Positions 38,453-48,624 of a stretch of 64,000 nucleotides of DNA are shown here, one piece after another. Source of the stretch: Vicugna vicugna (lineage: Eukaryota); contig MU063738.1 in assembly GCA_013265495.1 (NCBI GenBank), positions 558,001-622,000 on the forward strand. The letters are read 5' to 3'. How positions within the stretch are numbered: the stretch's first letter is position 1; each line of letters starts with the position of its first letter. The translations under genes were made by a program, and so were the position numbers. A model generated the notes under the pieces. It had not been told where the DNA came from, searched no databases, and saw nothing but the letters and a program-made list of their open reading frames with translations.

Positions 38453-39060
38453 GGAGGTCTCTGCCCCCATTCACAGGAGGAAGGAGCCAGGACTCCGTCT
38501 GGAGGGTCCTGGCGTCGCCCCGCCCCTCACTGGCCCAGCCGGGGGTCTAGAACAGTCAGTGTGACCATGGCGCTGGGTGGGGGAGGGGCGGGGAGGGGAA
38601 CGTCTTAGAAAAAATAGACCTCTGTGTACATCTGCCGTATTTACAGCACATAAATTAGGGAGTGCTCTGACCCCTGCCTGCGGAGTCCGAGCACTGAGCA
38701 GGGAGGAGAAAGCCAGTCCAGAGAGAGGGGCCCCTCCCAGAGCCCCCAGGGCCCCGGCCTCCTCGGCCGGGTGCAGCCCTGCAGGAGGGACGGTCCTCCG
38801 CCGGCGCGGCGTCCGGAGGGGCCTGCCAAGCCCGGACAGCAGGAGCCGCAGGCGCAGCTTCAGTCGGTGCTCGCTCAGCGCGCTTCACACCCCAGGCTTG
38901 TGATTCCAAGAGGAGGACAGGGGCGAGGCCGCCAGCCCGGAGGCCAGGACCTCCACGTCTCTCCTCAGCGCAAGGCACGCGCCCAAATGGCGGCCTGGCA
39001 GCCTCCCCGGAGGAGCTGCAGCCTCAAGTCTGAGCCTTTGGTCCAGGGCTGGTCTGAGCC

Positions 39061-39175
39061 TCAGTTCCGACGCCCGGCCACCTCCCCCTCCTTCCAGCCG
39101 CTGGAGTTCTTGCCAAACTTGTAGACGAGCCGCCGGCCGTCCACCCGCTCCAGGATCTCCCGTTTGTAGTAGTAC
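39061..39175 (-). CDS. ELF3: ELF3 exon 9 coding part (115 nt), ETS C-terminus, TGA stop
   Basis: [37 protein letters not shown]; total CDS 1119 nt (372 aa). Confidence 0.97.
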
Positions 39176-39663
39176 CTGAGGGGGAGGGGTGGTCAGAGGT
39201 GCCCGGGGCTCCGCAGGTGACCGGCCCCACCACACCCCAGCCCGGCCCACTTGCTGAAACTGCGAGGAGCGTCCACCTAGACTTGCGTCCAGAGCACCCC
39301 CAGCCCTGCCTGGCTTCTGTGTCTCATGGCTCTGTCCTAGGGCTTGCCACGAAACCACAGACGTGAGGGCTGGAAGCGGCCTTAGCTAGGTTGATCTGGG
39401 GGGAAGCTGAGGTCCCAAGACAAGCACCTCAGCTGCTTTGGGAGAAGAGGCGGGTCTGGGGTGCATCCGGGCTGATGCCCATTCACCACCAGGTGCCTCG
39501 CTCAGCACGAGCCTTGCAGACGATACAAAGAGATGTCGTCAGGCCAGGCCCAGCATGTGCCGTGGGCCGGCCGGCTGCCTCCCAGGTTCTCACTCCAGCC
39601 TCGGGCAGGCGGAGCCCGGACTCCCCACGTGGGCGGAGTGGGGCTGGCCCGCGGGGCGCTCAC

Positions 39664-39859
39664 CTCATGGCCCTGCTCAGCTTCTCGTAGGTCATGCTGC
39701 TGTTCTTTTTCTTCTGGCCCCACAGCTGGGCCACGGCCTCCGAGCGCAGGAACTTGAAGACACCCTCCTGCCGGTTCTCCCACTTCATGAGGCCCTCATT
39801 GAGCTCGGGGTGGATGAGGATGTCTCGGATGAACTCCCAGAGGTGAGTGCCCCTGGGGG
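39664..39859 (-). CDS. ELF3: ELF3 exon 8 (196 nt), ETS domain
   Basis: PRGTHLWEFIRDILIHPELNEGLMKWENRQEGVFKFLRSEAVAQLWGQKKKNSSMTYEKLSRAMR; phase 1-2. Confidence 0.98.
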
Positions 39860-40346
39860 CTGCCAGGCCAGGCTCCATCAGTCAGCGGCCCAGGGCACCC
39901 TCGCACCCCACAGCCCCGGCCCTGCCCAGCCCAGCCCAGCCCAGCACGCTGCCCGCGGAAGGCCGCCTCTCTCCTCCCCTCCCCCACTGGGCAGCACCAC
40001 GTCTACACAGCACAGAGGCTTAACGCACTCAAATGTGGAGCGAACACTTGGCTGGGACGCGAGGGGCTGAAACACCGCACCGCCCTGAGGGGCCCACGGT
40101 CGGAGGCCGTGGTTGGAAGCAAGCCCAGCAGCAAAGTGGGGAGGGCGCAGGCCACGGACCACAGAGCCGGCCCAGGCTGGGGGCCGGGGTGCAGCTTCCA
40201 GGAAGAACAGCCCCAACCAAGGAGCAAAGGGGCCACGAGTGCACAAGCACAGGAAGCAGCCGCGGGGACCCGCCGCAGGCTGTGGTGGCTGCGGCCCGAG
40301 GCCCGAGGCCTGCGGGCAGGGCCGGTGGGGGAGGCTCCCCGCTTAC

Positions 40347-40463
40347 CGTGCTTGTTCTTCTTGCTCTCCACGCACTCCCGGGACTCTTTGCTCAGCTTTC
40401 GGGGCCGGCCCCGTTTCCGCTTCCCATGCTTAAGGTCCCCCTTCTTGCAGTCAGGTAAGCCAT
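40347..40463 (-). CDS. ELF3: ELF3 exon 7 (117 nt), AT-hook/NLS
   Basis: GLPDCKKGDLKHGKRKRGRPRKLSKESRECVESKKNKH; RGRP AT-hook core; donor ACG|GTAAGC. Confidence 0.96.
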
Positions 40464-40606
40464 CTGTGGGGGGCAAGGAAGGTCAGGATTGGGAGGGGTG
40501 GAGGCACTGGGGGACAGTCCCTCCCCAGGAAAACCCCGCTTGAGAGGGGAGGAGGGCCAGCCCCTGGGCACTGGGCACTGGACCCCCGCGGCGGTCCCTC
40601 CCTCAC

Positions 40607-40696
40607 CTCCGGAGAAGAGCTTGGTGTCAGGGGCGTCGAGGTCCACGTCACTTCCACCGGAGTCTGAGGCGTGGGAGCTCTGAGACGTACCTGTCC
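40607..40696 (-). CDS. ELF3: ELF3 exon 6 (90 nt), Ser/Asp-rich (SAR) region
   Basis: TGTSQSSHASDSGGSDVDLDAPDTKLFSG; phase 1-1. Confidence 0.94.
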
Positions 40697-40831
40697 CTGG
40701 GGAGACGGGTCAGAGTGAGCCCCTCACCACCCGTACCGCTGCCCAGCCCGAAAGTCCAGTTCTCGTGCTGAGAGCAGGGCTCAGGGCATCTGGGGGAGGG
40801 GAGGTTGGGGGCAGACAGGGGAGGGGCTCAC

Positions 40832-40951
40832 CTGTGGTGGAGACTTCGGAGCTGCCCGGGGAGGGGGCTCCCGCGCCGACGCTGCCCGGGTAGAAGGGGC
40901 TGGCCTGTCTGTAGTCCTCCAGCATCTCCTGGGCAAAGGGGCTTCCCTGCT
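40832..40951 (-). CDS. ELF3: ELF3 exon 5 (120 nt)
   Basis: QGSPFAQEMLEDYRQASPFYPGSVGAGAPSPGSSEVSTT; phase 1-1. Confidence 0.94.
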
Positions 40952-41055
40952 CTGGGGGAGGAGGTAAGTTCAGCCGGTGCTGGGACTTTTCCAGCTGGGG
41001 GGTGAGGCAGAGCTGGGGCAGGACGGCTGGGGAGGGGTGACGAATTGGCTCTCAC

Positions 41056-41151
41056 CAAAGGGGCCCTGGTCCCCAAGGGGCTCCTGGAGGGTCATGCTGT
41101 CCTTCTCCAGCAGCTCCATGATCCAGCTGAGCTCGTCAGGAAAGCTGGAAG
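41056..41151 (-). CDS. ELF3: ELF3 exon 4 (96 nt), transactivation region
   Basis: SSFPDELSWIMELLEKDSMTLQEPLGDQGPF; phase 1-1. Confidence 0.95.
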
Positions 41152-41272
41152 CTGATAAGAAGGAGGTCAGAGCCCACTGGCTCCCTCCCTGCCCCCGGGG
41201 CCTCTCCAGGCTGCGCCCTGGGGCTGGGCTCCAGGTCCTCCAGCAGCCTCCCGCAGTGAGGAGGGGACTCAC

Positions 41273-41494
41273 TGAGGTCCCACAGCTGGGAGTAGAGCTG
41301 GTCTCCCAGGGGCCCAAAGACGAGGCGCAGCTCCTCGGGGGCGCAGCGGCAGAGTGCGGCCCCGTCCATGTCGCAGCGGGACAGGTCGATGGTGCTGGCA
41401 TCATACTTGTGCTTCTCCACCTGGTAGCTGATCCAGTCCAGGACCTGGGCCTTGGACCACAGCTGGGGCTGCTCCCCTGACCAGCTGGCCTTCT
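41273..41494 (-). CDS. ELF3: ELF3 exon 3 (222 nt), Pointed/SAM domain
   Basis: KASWSGEQPQLWSKAQVLDWISYQVEKHKYDASTIDLSRCDMDGAALCRCAPEELRLVFGPLGDQLYSQLWDL; phase 1-1. Confidence 0.97.
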
Positions 41495-41722
41495 CTGCAA
41501 GGGGCCGGTGCAGCGACGGGTCAGCCCCGGCAGGGGTTCCGCAAGGAATCCCACGCGCTCACAGCGCCCTGGCCAGCACCTCCCCAATTGGAGCCCCCAA
41601 ACCCCAACCCCCAGCCTCTAACAGCACACCCGGCCCTCCTCCCCGCCAGACCTCCATTCGTCAGCAGGCTCTCAGGTGGATGTCTCCCCTCCCCCAACGC
41701 CCCATCCTCTCGCAAGACCCAC

Positions 41723-41885
41723 CTGTGCCCTCCAGGGGCATCTGCGGGCTGCTCAAGGCCAGTGCCAGGTCGTCGGCCCCCAAGGCGGCAGCAGGGGGAA
41801 CAGAGGCCAGAGTGGGGTCCTCGGAGCTGTACATCGTACTGAAGTAGTTGCTGAAAACGTTGCTGATCTCGCAGGTCGCAGCCAT
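41723..41885 (-). CDS. ELF3: ELF3 exon 2 coding part (163 nt)
   Basis: MAATCEISNVFSNYFSTMYSSEDPTLASVPPAAALGADDLALALSSPQMPLEGT; donor CAG|GTGGGT; phase 1. Confidence 0.96.
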
Positions 41886-42278
41886 GAGGCTACCTGGGGA
41901 GGGACGGCGAGGCAGGTGAGGGCCAGGGTCCTCCCCTTACCCTCCGGCAGTTCTGCTCCAGCCAAGCCTGGGGCAGGAGTAACCCCAGGGGTGCCAAGGT
42001 CAACATCTCTTCAGGCACCCTCTCCAGGTTCTCAGACCCAGGGGCTGGGGCACAGGGCCTCCCGCTGGGCTCCCTCCTCAGCCCACCTGGGCCCATGAGT
42101 GGGGCCGGCAGTCATGGCCACTCTGTCCCTCTCAGGGACAGTCCCGGGGCTCTTGGGCCCTCAGAACACCACCCTGGCCCGCACTCCTGCTGGGACTCTC
42201 CGCAGAGAGCTGCGGAGGGCAGGTTCCAAACACATCCACCAGCCCCTCCCAGGCTCCAAGGCCCGGCTGCAGTCCTAC

Positions 42279-42400
42279 CGAGCAGCAGCGGGTGAGGGTG
42301 TGGCCGGCAGGCAGGTTAAGGGGCAGCAGGCGGGAGAAATCCAGGAGGGGAGCTCCCAGGCCGCGCCGAGGTTCTGGCCGCAGCGCCCTAAGCAGGAGCT
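42279..42400 (-). other. ELF3: ELF3 non-coding exon 1 (5'UTR); TSS estimated from TATA spacing
   Basis: Donor CTCG|GTAGGA at 42278; contains CTGGATTTCTCCCGCCTGC resembling the human ELF3 5'UTR as recalled; splices to the exon 2 acceptor at 41893 (GTAGCCTC-ATG). Confidence 0.75.
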
Positions 42401-42425
42401 TCGGCGCCCCGCCCCGCGCCCAGGC

Positions 42426-42518
42426 TTTATAGGCGCCCGGTAACCTGAGCCGCTGGCTCATTGGTCGAGGGGATTTCCTGGCCTCTAGACGGAGCTCCCG
42501 GCCCCAGGTGATTTGCAT
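42426..42518 (-). promoter_or_regulatory. ELF3: ELF3 core promoter: TATAAA (42426-42431), CCAAT (42460-42464), kB/ETS composite (42469-42480), octamer (42511-42518)
   Basis: Motifs read directly: TTTATA, ATTGG, GGGGATTTCC overlapping CAGGAA on the minus strand, ATTTGCAT. These element types are reported for human and mouse ELF3 promoters. Confidence 0.85.
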
Positions 42519-43189
42519 ATTTTGTGCCCCTTGGCCGGGATCCAGGCCTTGGTGCTGGGAAATCAGGCCGGGCTGGTTTAATGATTGTCAGGGTCTGTCA
42601 TCCGCACCCTCTGGGGTTGGGCACAGGGCAGTGGCCTGGGCGGGTGGCGCAGAGCCACTGGGTGGGCATCTGCTTTTTCGGCCACCCTCTGGCTCAGGAA
42701 ATTCCTCAGGGGGGCCAGGCCAGGGATGGGCTGCTGCGGGGAGGGCAGGTGGGGATCTGGGTCAGAACTGGGTCAGGGAAGCTACTGGCCCCCATGGGCC
42801 TGCAGGTGTGAGGATGAGGGGGCCCCGCAGAGAGAGGACATGGAGGTTTGGGGATTTTCCCACCCCAGGATTCAGGCCAAACGGGGCTCTGGACACCTGG
42901 GCTGCTGGGTGGGAGCGGCCTGCCAGCGTCGCCAGGGCCCCCGTGTCCCAAGCTACAGGGCCCACTGCTGGCATCTACTTTGCTGGCAAGGTCCCAGCAT
43001 TCTTTGCCTGCCGGACGCCATCCAAGCATCATGGTTCTGCAGCCACCTCTGGGGCAACCTGGCTCTGCTCAGAAGTCCTTCCCAGCCCCGAGGAAGCCCC
43101 CCATGCCAGGGCTACTGGCTGGGATGCAACCCACGTAGATGTGTTTTCCCCCATGTCTGGCCTCATCTAGTCTCCACCAGCACCTGCCT

Positions 43190-43207
43190 GCTGCCCTCTA
43201 GCGGTCA
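43190..43207 (-). promoter_or_regulatory. Candidate CTCF site TGACCGCTAGAGGGCAGC
   Basis: Near-consensus match to the CTCF core (CCRSYAGRKGGCRS) between the RNPEP polyA signal and the ELF3 TSS; occupancy cannot be shown from sequence. Confidence 0.65.
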
Positions 43208-45022
43208 GAAGCAAGGTCTCCGCCTGACCCTCACCAGAACCTGCCGGGAATGTGTGGCTTTCCCCATCTCACAGGTGAGGAGCTGAGTGACTCGCCCCGG
43301 CCACAAGGAGCTAGTTAAGTGGTGGGGCTGAGACGGAAGTCCCTCCTGTGTCTCCAGAGCCCTCGCCCTCCCTACGGGCAAGGGGACCCTCCCTGCCGGG
43401 TCCTCTCTGTGAACTCAGCACCAAACGCAAGGACGTGCCCTTGAGACCAGGAGACCCTGTGTGTGGGTGGCCCAGGGCAGTGGAGACGGATCCTGGGGTC
43501 TCTTCAGCTTCCCTCCCTGAAGACAAGGCTGGCTGGATTTAACTGTCCCCCAGATCGCTTCCAGATCTCGTTTTTTTTAACGCATCAAAGACGCAGGGTC
43601 TGACCTTCTCTTTCCCTGCCCTCTTCGTTCATGCCGCAGTCCTGGGCCCCTGGCCATACTCAGCCTCCTGAGTGAAAGATGACCCCACCCAGAGCCCCCT
43701 TCCTTTAACCCTCCGCAGTCTCTGAGGTTGCTGGGTGCTCTGCAGAGGGCACCCAGTCCAGGGCCCCTTCCCCTGGGCCCTCGGCGCCGCCCTCTGCCCA
43801 GCCCCTCGCCCTGGAATGCGGGAGAACCGGTCCAGCCCTGGGACAACTCACGTGCTCCCTGGCCTGCGGAGAGTGCCTGGCTGAGGCCGGGCAGGGGGAG
43901 AGGGACGCGGAGAGGACCGGGAGAAAGGCTGGCAGCAGCCTGGCTTTGCGGGGCCTCGCGGGGCAGGTGGGGCGGAGAAGGGCTCCCCTGGGCCTGCCTC
44001 TCCTCCAGAGATCAGTGCAGCAGGTCGGGGGAGCCTGAGGTCAGGGCCTTGGGGTGAGGGGGGCAGGAGGCGGGGCTCCCAGGACCCCCTCCCACAGTGG
44101 CACAGGACTGTCGGGTGACACCGGTGGTGAGTGGGCAGGCGGCACCGCTCAGGACCCCCAGCTGTGAAACTAGACTCCAGGTTCCCGCAGAGGAAGGGCT
44201 CCCACAGTGGCCCCTTCACTGCTGCTGGGCTCCTCTGCACAGTCTGGCCAATACAGAATCAGAAAGGATGCCCAGTAGGCAGCAGGGAACTGTCCAGACA
44301 GCCCTGAACAGTCCTTGCCTATATCCCGTAGCGGGGAGCAGCCCCGACGAGCCACAGAGATGGTTTGCTGTCAGTGTCCCAGGGCCCTCTGTGCTGGGGA
44401 CGCCCACCACCTGCCATGGGGTCCTCGCTCCCAGACCCTGTGCAGGGGAGGGGAGACCTGTGCTGACCACCTTGAAACAGAGCACAAGGGGGACTGGTTC
44501 CAGGTGCCCCATGTTTAGGAAAAGCAACTGAAATACATTTACGTACTTTGCAGCACCCCCTCACTCCACACCCTACACTTGTGTTGAACGCTTAGGTCCC
44601 CATGTGGAAACCAGGAAATCAGAACTTGAGGCCAAGTTCTGAGCAGACTCTGTCTCCCCACACGACTGACAATCACCCAGGACCTGGGTGGGGACTGGGG
44701 AAGCCGCAGGGATGCTGAGAGCCAAGGCAGTTTATTTGCAGCGAAGGGAGAAGGAAGGGGTGCAGGGCTGCAGGCTGAGCGTCTCGAGAGCACAGGCACA
44801 GCTCCTGTGTGCTCTCCCCGCAAAGCCTGCCTGACCCGCACTGCTCCTCATGTGCACGTGCGCGGGTGGGACCCCACCTCCTCCAGCCCCCTGCTCCCTA
44901 GAACACGGAGACACCACCATCCTCTGGGTCTTTCCCACCGACCTGCTCAGAACACTGGCCAGCAGAGGGGAACCCAGGAGAACGAAGTTCACAGTCACTT
45001 AAAGACTTTTCACTCAAAAATA

Positions 45023-45028
45023 TTTATT
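45023..45028 (-). terminator. RNPEP: RNPEP polyadenylation signal AATAAA
   Basis: TTTATT on the plus strand ~320 nt past the stop codon; the only canonical hexamer I found in the presumptive 3'UTR. Confidence 0.8.
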
Positions 45029-45343
45029 AAAATCATGATTAAACCTCAAAAAGGAATGCAGCGCTTTGCACAGTACTGAGAGAATCAGCAAAAAGAAAAG
45101 AAAATCCTTCTTGCTCCTCCTGAGACCCAGGTGGGGGGGAGACGGCCCCTGCCAGCGCCAGCGGCTGGGCCTGCCCGAGGGAACTGCCCTATGCGGTCCC
45201 CTGGTCTCAGGTCGGAGCAGAGGCCCAGGGAACAGGCTGCCTATCCTGGGGCTGTGAACTCGCGAAGCTGGCGAGACCCAGCACTGGGAGCTATGGCTGC
45301 GGAGCTGCCAAGTCAGCCGAGGCAGAGGCCGTCGCGGGGGCCT

Positions 45344-45502
45344 CTAAGTGCCCGTGGGCGCCACGATCTGCTGCACGTAGTGGACCACGTTGCTGTGGAG
45401 CTGGGAGGCAGTGGCAGCAAAGGTCTCCTTGGCCAGGGCCCGGGCGGCCTCGCTGCCCCGCATCATGGCGTGGTACAGCGGGAGGGTGTACTTCTGCTTC
45501 CC
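45344..45502 (-). CDS. RNPEP: RNPEP exon 11 coding part (159 nt), TAG stop
   Basis: GKQKYTLPLYHAMMRGSEAARALAKETFAATASQLHSNVVHYVQQIVAPTGT*; the 11 exons sum to 1944 nt (647 aa) with no frame break. Confidence 0.96.
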   Translation of the reverse strand, partial: GKQKYTLPLYHAMMRGSEAARALAKETFAATASQLHSNVVHYVQQIVAPTGT

Positions 45503-46305
45503 CTGCAAGAGGCGCGCACAGCCGTCAGCCCACCCAGGGTCTGTGCCCCAGCACTGCGCTCCTGGACCGTCGTGGTCACGTGCCAAAAGGGATACGGGTG
45601 CCAGCGCTGGAGCAAGGAGCGTCCCAGACGCGAAGACCAGCGTCCTGGGATCTCCTTGGAGGCCAAAGACCCGCATGGACGTCTCGGCACCCCCCTGCCT
45701 GGGAAGGTCTACGCTCGACAAAACCAGTTTGGGGGCTTGGCACGTGGGAGAGACCCCAAACTCTCAGAAAGCTGTAAGTGGTCAGCCAGCAAGTCAACAG
45801 CACGCAGGAGAGGCCACAGCCCCCAACACAGGACCGCATGAGGTCCTGCGGCAGCCAAGCATTGGAAAATCCACACGTTTGCACAGCCACCCCATAAGGT
45901 CCTAACCCCCAGAGGCTGGAGGAGACCTGTGAACAGGTGCCTGCGAGCAAGTGTGGGAATCTGAACGCCGCTTCGTCCGCGGCCCGGCTCCCACCCGGCT
46001 CTGGAATCTCTGGATGCTCATCTGGGAGCCGGGCGGGCCCCTCCCCAGGAGCAGGAGCCTGTAATCTCCCCTGCATTCAGCTTGTCCCGGCCTCTCCCCA
46101 GAGACCAGCACCGCTCACCCATGACCCTCCCTCTCCCGCCCTCCCAGCCTCGGGTCAGCACCGACCGGCTCTTTCCCCTCGGGCCTCGCCAGCTGATCTG
46201 CAGAAAGTTCCCAGGCTGCGGCTCCTCTCCCCTAGGGCAGCCCCACCCACAGGACCACTGCTCCCCGCCATGTGCCCAGGGGGACCCGTAGGTGGGGGCA
46301 CCCAC

Positions 46306-46448
46306 CTGGCTCTGCAGGAATTCCTTCACTTTCCAGAAATCCTCCTGGTAGTCGTTCTTAAGGACAATCTGGCCCCACCGCAGCCGGAGCTCTGCGTTCT
46401 GGGAATTTGAGACCTTTGCATATGTCTCTCCAAGTCTTTTCACATTCC
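46306..46448 (-). CDS. RNPEP: RNPEP exon 10 (143 nt)
   Basis: NVKRLGETYAKVSNSQNAELRLRWGQIVLKNDYQEDFWKVKEFLQSQ; phase 1-0. Confidence 0.96.
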
Positions 46449-47037
46449 CTGGAGAAAAGAAACAGGTCATTAACGACTTCCTGGCAAAGCTGAGAAGGCC
46501 GGTGTCCGCCCAAGGCCCTCCGAGGGCACCAGCAGAAACTTCAAGGAGGCTTCCGACCACCCACCCGACTCGCCTCTTTGCGCCTGAAACGGTGACCTTG
46601 TCCCACACTTGCCGTGATTCCTCAGGTTCTTCCACCAAACTTCCCTTCGTGTTACTACGTATCTTCTGCCATCACCCGTCTTCCTTCCCAGATTAAAGCT
46701 CGTGTGTCCCTCTAAAATATCCTGCCCCAATTTTCCTCCCACCAGCAACCTGCTGAAAATCACCTTGGTTTTTCTAACCGTTTTTTAGAATCCACTCCTT
46801 GGTGAGTATTACTTCTGGTGGAGCAGAAGTGAGCGTTAGTGTTTAAGAGCTTCAGCCAAGTGGCTCCAGGCTCCAGGCCCCAGCCCCACAGCTGCTGGCT
46901 GCGTGGTCTGTGTCTGGGCTCACCCTCCAGCCCAGGGGTCACGGTCACAGCACCCAGAGTGGTCACAAGGGTCACGTGCCGTAGCAGACACGCGGCACCT
47001 AGAAGGACCAGCTGCAGAAGCTGAGGGCGTCTTCCCT

Positions 47038-47116
47038 CTTTACAGAAGAACTGGGGGTTGAGCCCAGGACCTCGAACATGCTAAGCACGCACTCTACCGC
47101 TGAGCTACACCCTCCC
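47038..47116 (-). mobile_element. Camelid tRNA-derived SINE in RNPEP intron 9 (sense to the gene)
   Basis: Reverse complement reads GGGAGGGTGTAGCTCAGCGGTAGAGTGCGTGCTTAGCATGTTCGAGGTCCTGGGCTCAACCCCCAG. Confidence 0.8.
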
Positions 47117-47271
47117 TGCTCGGACACGCTCCTTGCCGAGGACCTCTGCCCACCCCCCACTCCCACCCACAGCCACCTGCGGAGGCGCCTGTCTCCCTCC
47201 AGCGCCTGACGTAAAGCTGCGCATGCCAGGGGCCCGATTCACCGCTGAAGAAACAATCCACTCTTTCTCAC

Positions 47272-47496
47272 CGGCGGGGAGAGGGGACTTCTGGAGAACC
47301 TTATCCAGGAAGTAAACCAGCTGGTAGGTCTTCCAGGCAGAGATGGACACAGCGTCGATGGCCCTCTGGTCTAGCTCCGCGGTCGCCCACAGCTGGGCCA
47401 GCTCGTCAGCCGGCCTCATGAGGGAGTCCCCGGGAGAGAGGTCAGGGAGGTAGGGGGGCCAGCCCGGGGTGTTCAGCCAGTGATCAAACTCAAGCC
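47272..47496 (-). CDS. RNPEP: RNPEP exon 9 (225 nt)
   Basis: LEFDHWLNTPGWPPYLPDLSPGDSLMRPADELAQLWATAELDQRAIDAVSISAWKTYQLVYFLDKVLQKSPLPA; phase 1-1. Confidence 0.96.
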
Positions 47497-47605
47497 CTGT
47501 TTGGCAGGAGGGGAGAGAGGCCAGAGTTCCCGGCAGCTCCAGGGCAGCTCACCCCAGCAGCTCCCAGGACCTCACCCTCTGCCTGCCTCTCCACATCCCA
47601 AAGGC
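47497..47605 (-). ncRNA. Putative 5'-tailed mirtron hairpin, candidate orthologue of human miR-6740
   Basis: 5' arm UUUGGGAUGUGGAGAGGC (47602-47585) pairs with 3' arm GGCCUCUCUCCCCUCCUGCCAAACAG (47522-47497), which ends exactly at the exon 9 acceptor; resembles the recalled hsa-miR-6740 arms. Confidence 0.45.
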
Positions 47606-48319
47606 TCCCTCTAGAACTTACACCGCTTCCTACACAGCCACCCGCTCTGCGGGGCCCTGCTTACAGCGATGCCCACACTGTCCCAGTGGACCCCACTGCC
47701 CCTTCCACTGTGAGGGTGTCCTGGGCCCCCAGTCATTTTGGTGCATCAGGACCACGGCATGGGTGCGGCCCAGCTCTGATGCCCGGAACCACCCGGTGCC
47801 AGTGCCCCTGGGCTCCAGGCCCCGCGGCCTGGGGTCCTGCCCCTGCTCTGCCCGACCAGCTGGGGGCCGTGCGCACGTTATGGCCCTCTCTGTGCCTCGG
47901 GGTGAGAGGCCCTGGCGTGGCTGGCAGTTGTGAGGATCAAACGCACAGTAAGAGTTTAGCACACGGCCTCGCAACTTACATGTCACGAGCTGCAGACCCA
48001 CACCCTACAACCAGAGGGCAGTGCCAGCAGGCTGGCCCGACCCCAGGCGGCTGGGGAGCCAACGGGCAAGCCAACCACGGAGCGGCCCAGGACAGGACGC
48101 GCTCCAGCCTCCCTCAGGAAGCACAGGGACACACCGACCACGTGCGTCCAGAGACGGGAGTGGAAGAGGTGAGCAAAGCTCTTCGTGTCGAACAGAGCCC
48201 AAGACCCACGCTGGCCCCAAAGTGCCACTGCCCAGACCCCCACCCTTGGCACCAGGTCTCCCCAAGTGTGAGTCAGACCCTCCCTTGGCGATAACCTACA
48301 AGCCAGGTCCTCTGCTCAC

Positions 48320-48428
48320 CTGGGATGGAATCCACCCCCTTTTTCTTCAGCTCAGGGAAATATTCCAAGTAGAACTCAAGAAAGTCATCGGCTAAGATAC
48401 TTTGGAATTTAAATTCATCCACGTAGGC
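48320..48428 (-). CDS. RNPEP: RNPEP exon 8 (109 nt)
   Basis: AYVDEFKFQSILADDFLEFYLEYFPELKKKGVDSIP; CACAG acceptor and CAG|GTGAGC donor; phase 0-1. Read manually. Confidence 0.95.
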
Positions 48429-48511
48429 CTGTGAGGAGGGAGGCGTGTTCAGGCGCCCGGTCCGCAGGCCCCTCCTCCCCCCTGCTCCCCTCCCCTCTGA
48501 GCTGACTGCAC

Positions 48512-48624
48512 CTTGAGGAAGCTGTCAAACTGGCCCTGGTCGCCCACCAGGTGGGCCAGGTAGGAGACGAAGCAGAAGCCTTTCTCATAGGGGGTCTCAT
48601 TGTACGTATCGTCCGGGTCAACAC
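48512..48624 (-). CDS. RNPEP: RNPEP exon 7 (113 nt)
   Basis: VDPDDTYNETPYEKGFCFVSYLAHLVGDQGQFDSFLK, containing the M1 catalytic Tyr in PYEKG; phase 1-0. Confidence 0.96.

Noticed and set aside
41273-41300. ELF3 LYSQLWDL versus recalled human LHAQLRDL in the Pointed domain
   Set aside because: May be shared by other laurasiatherians; cannot be called unusual without an alignment.
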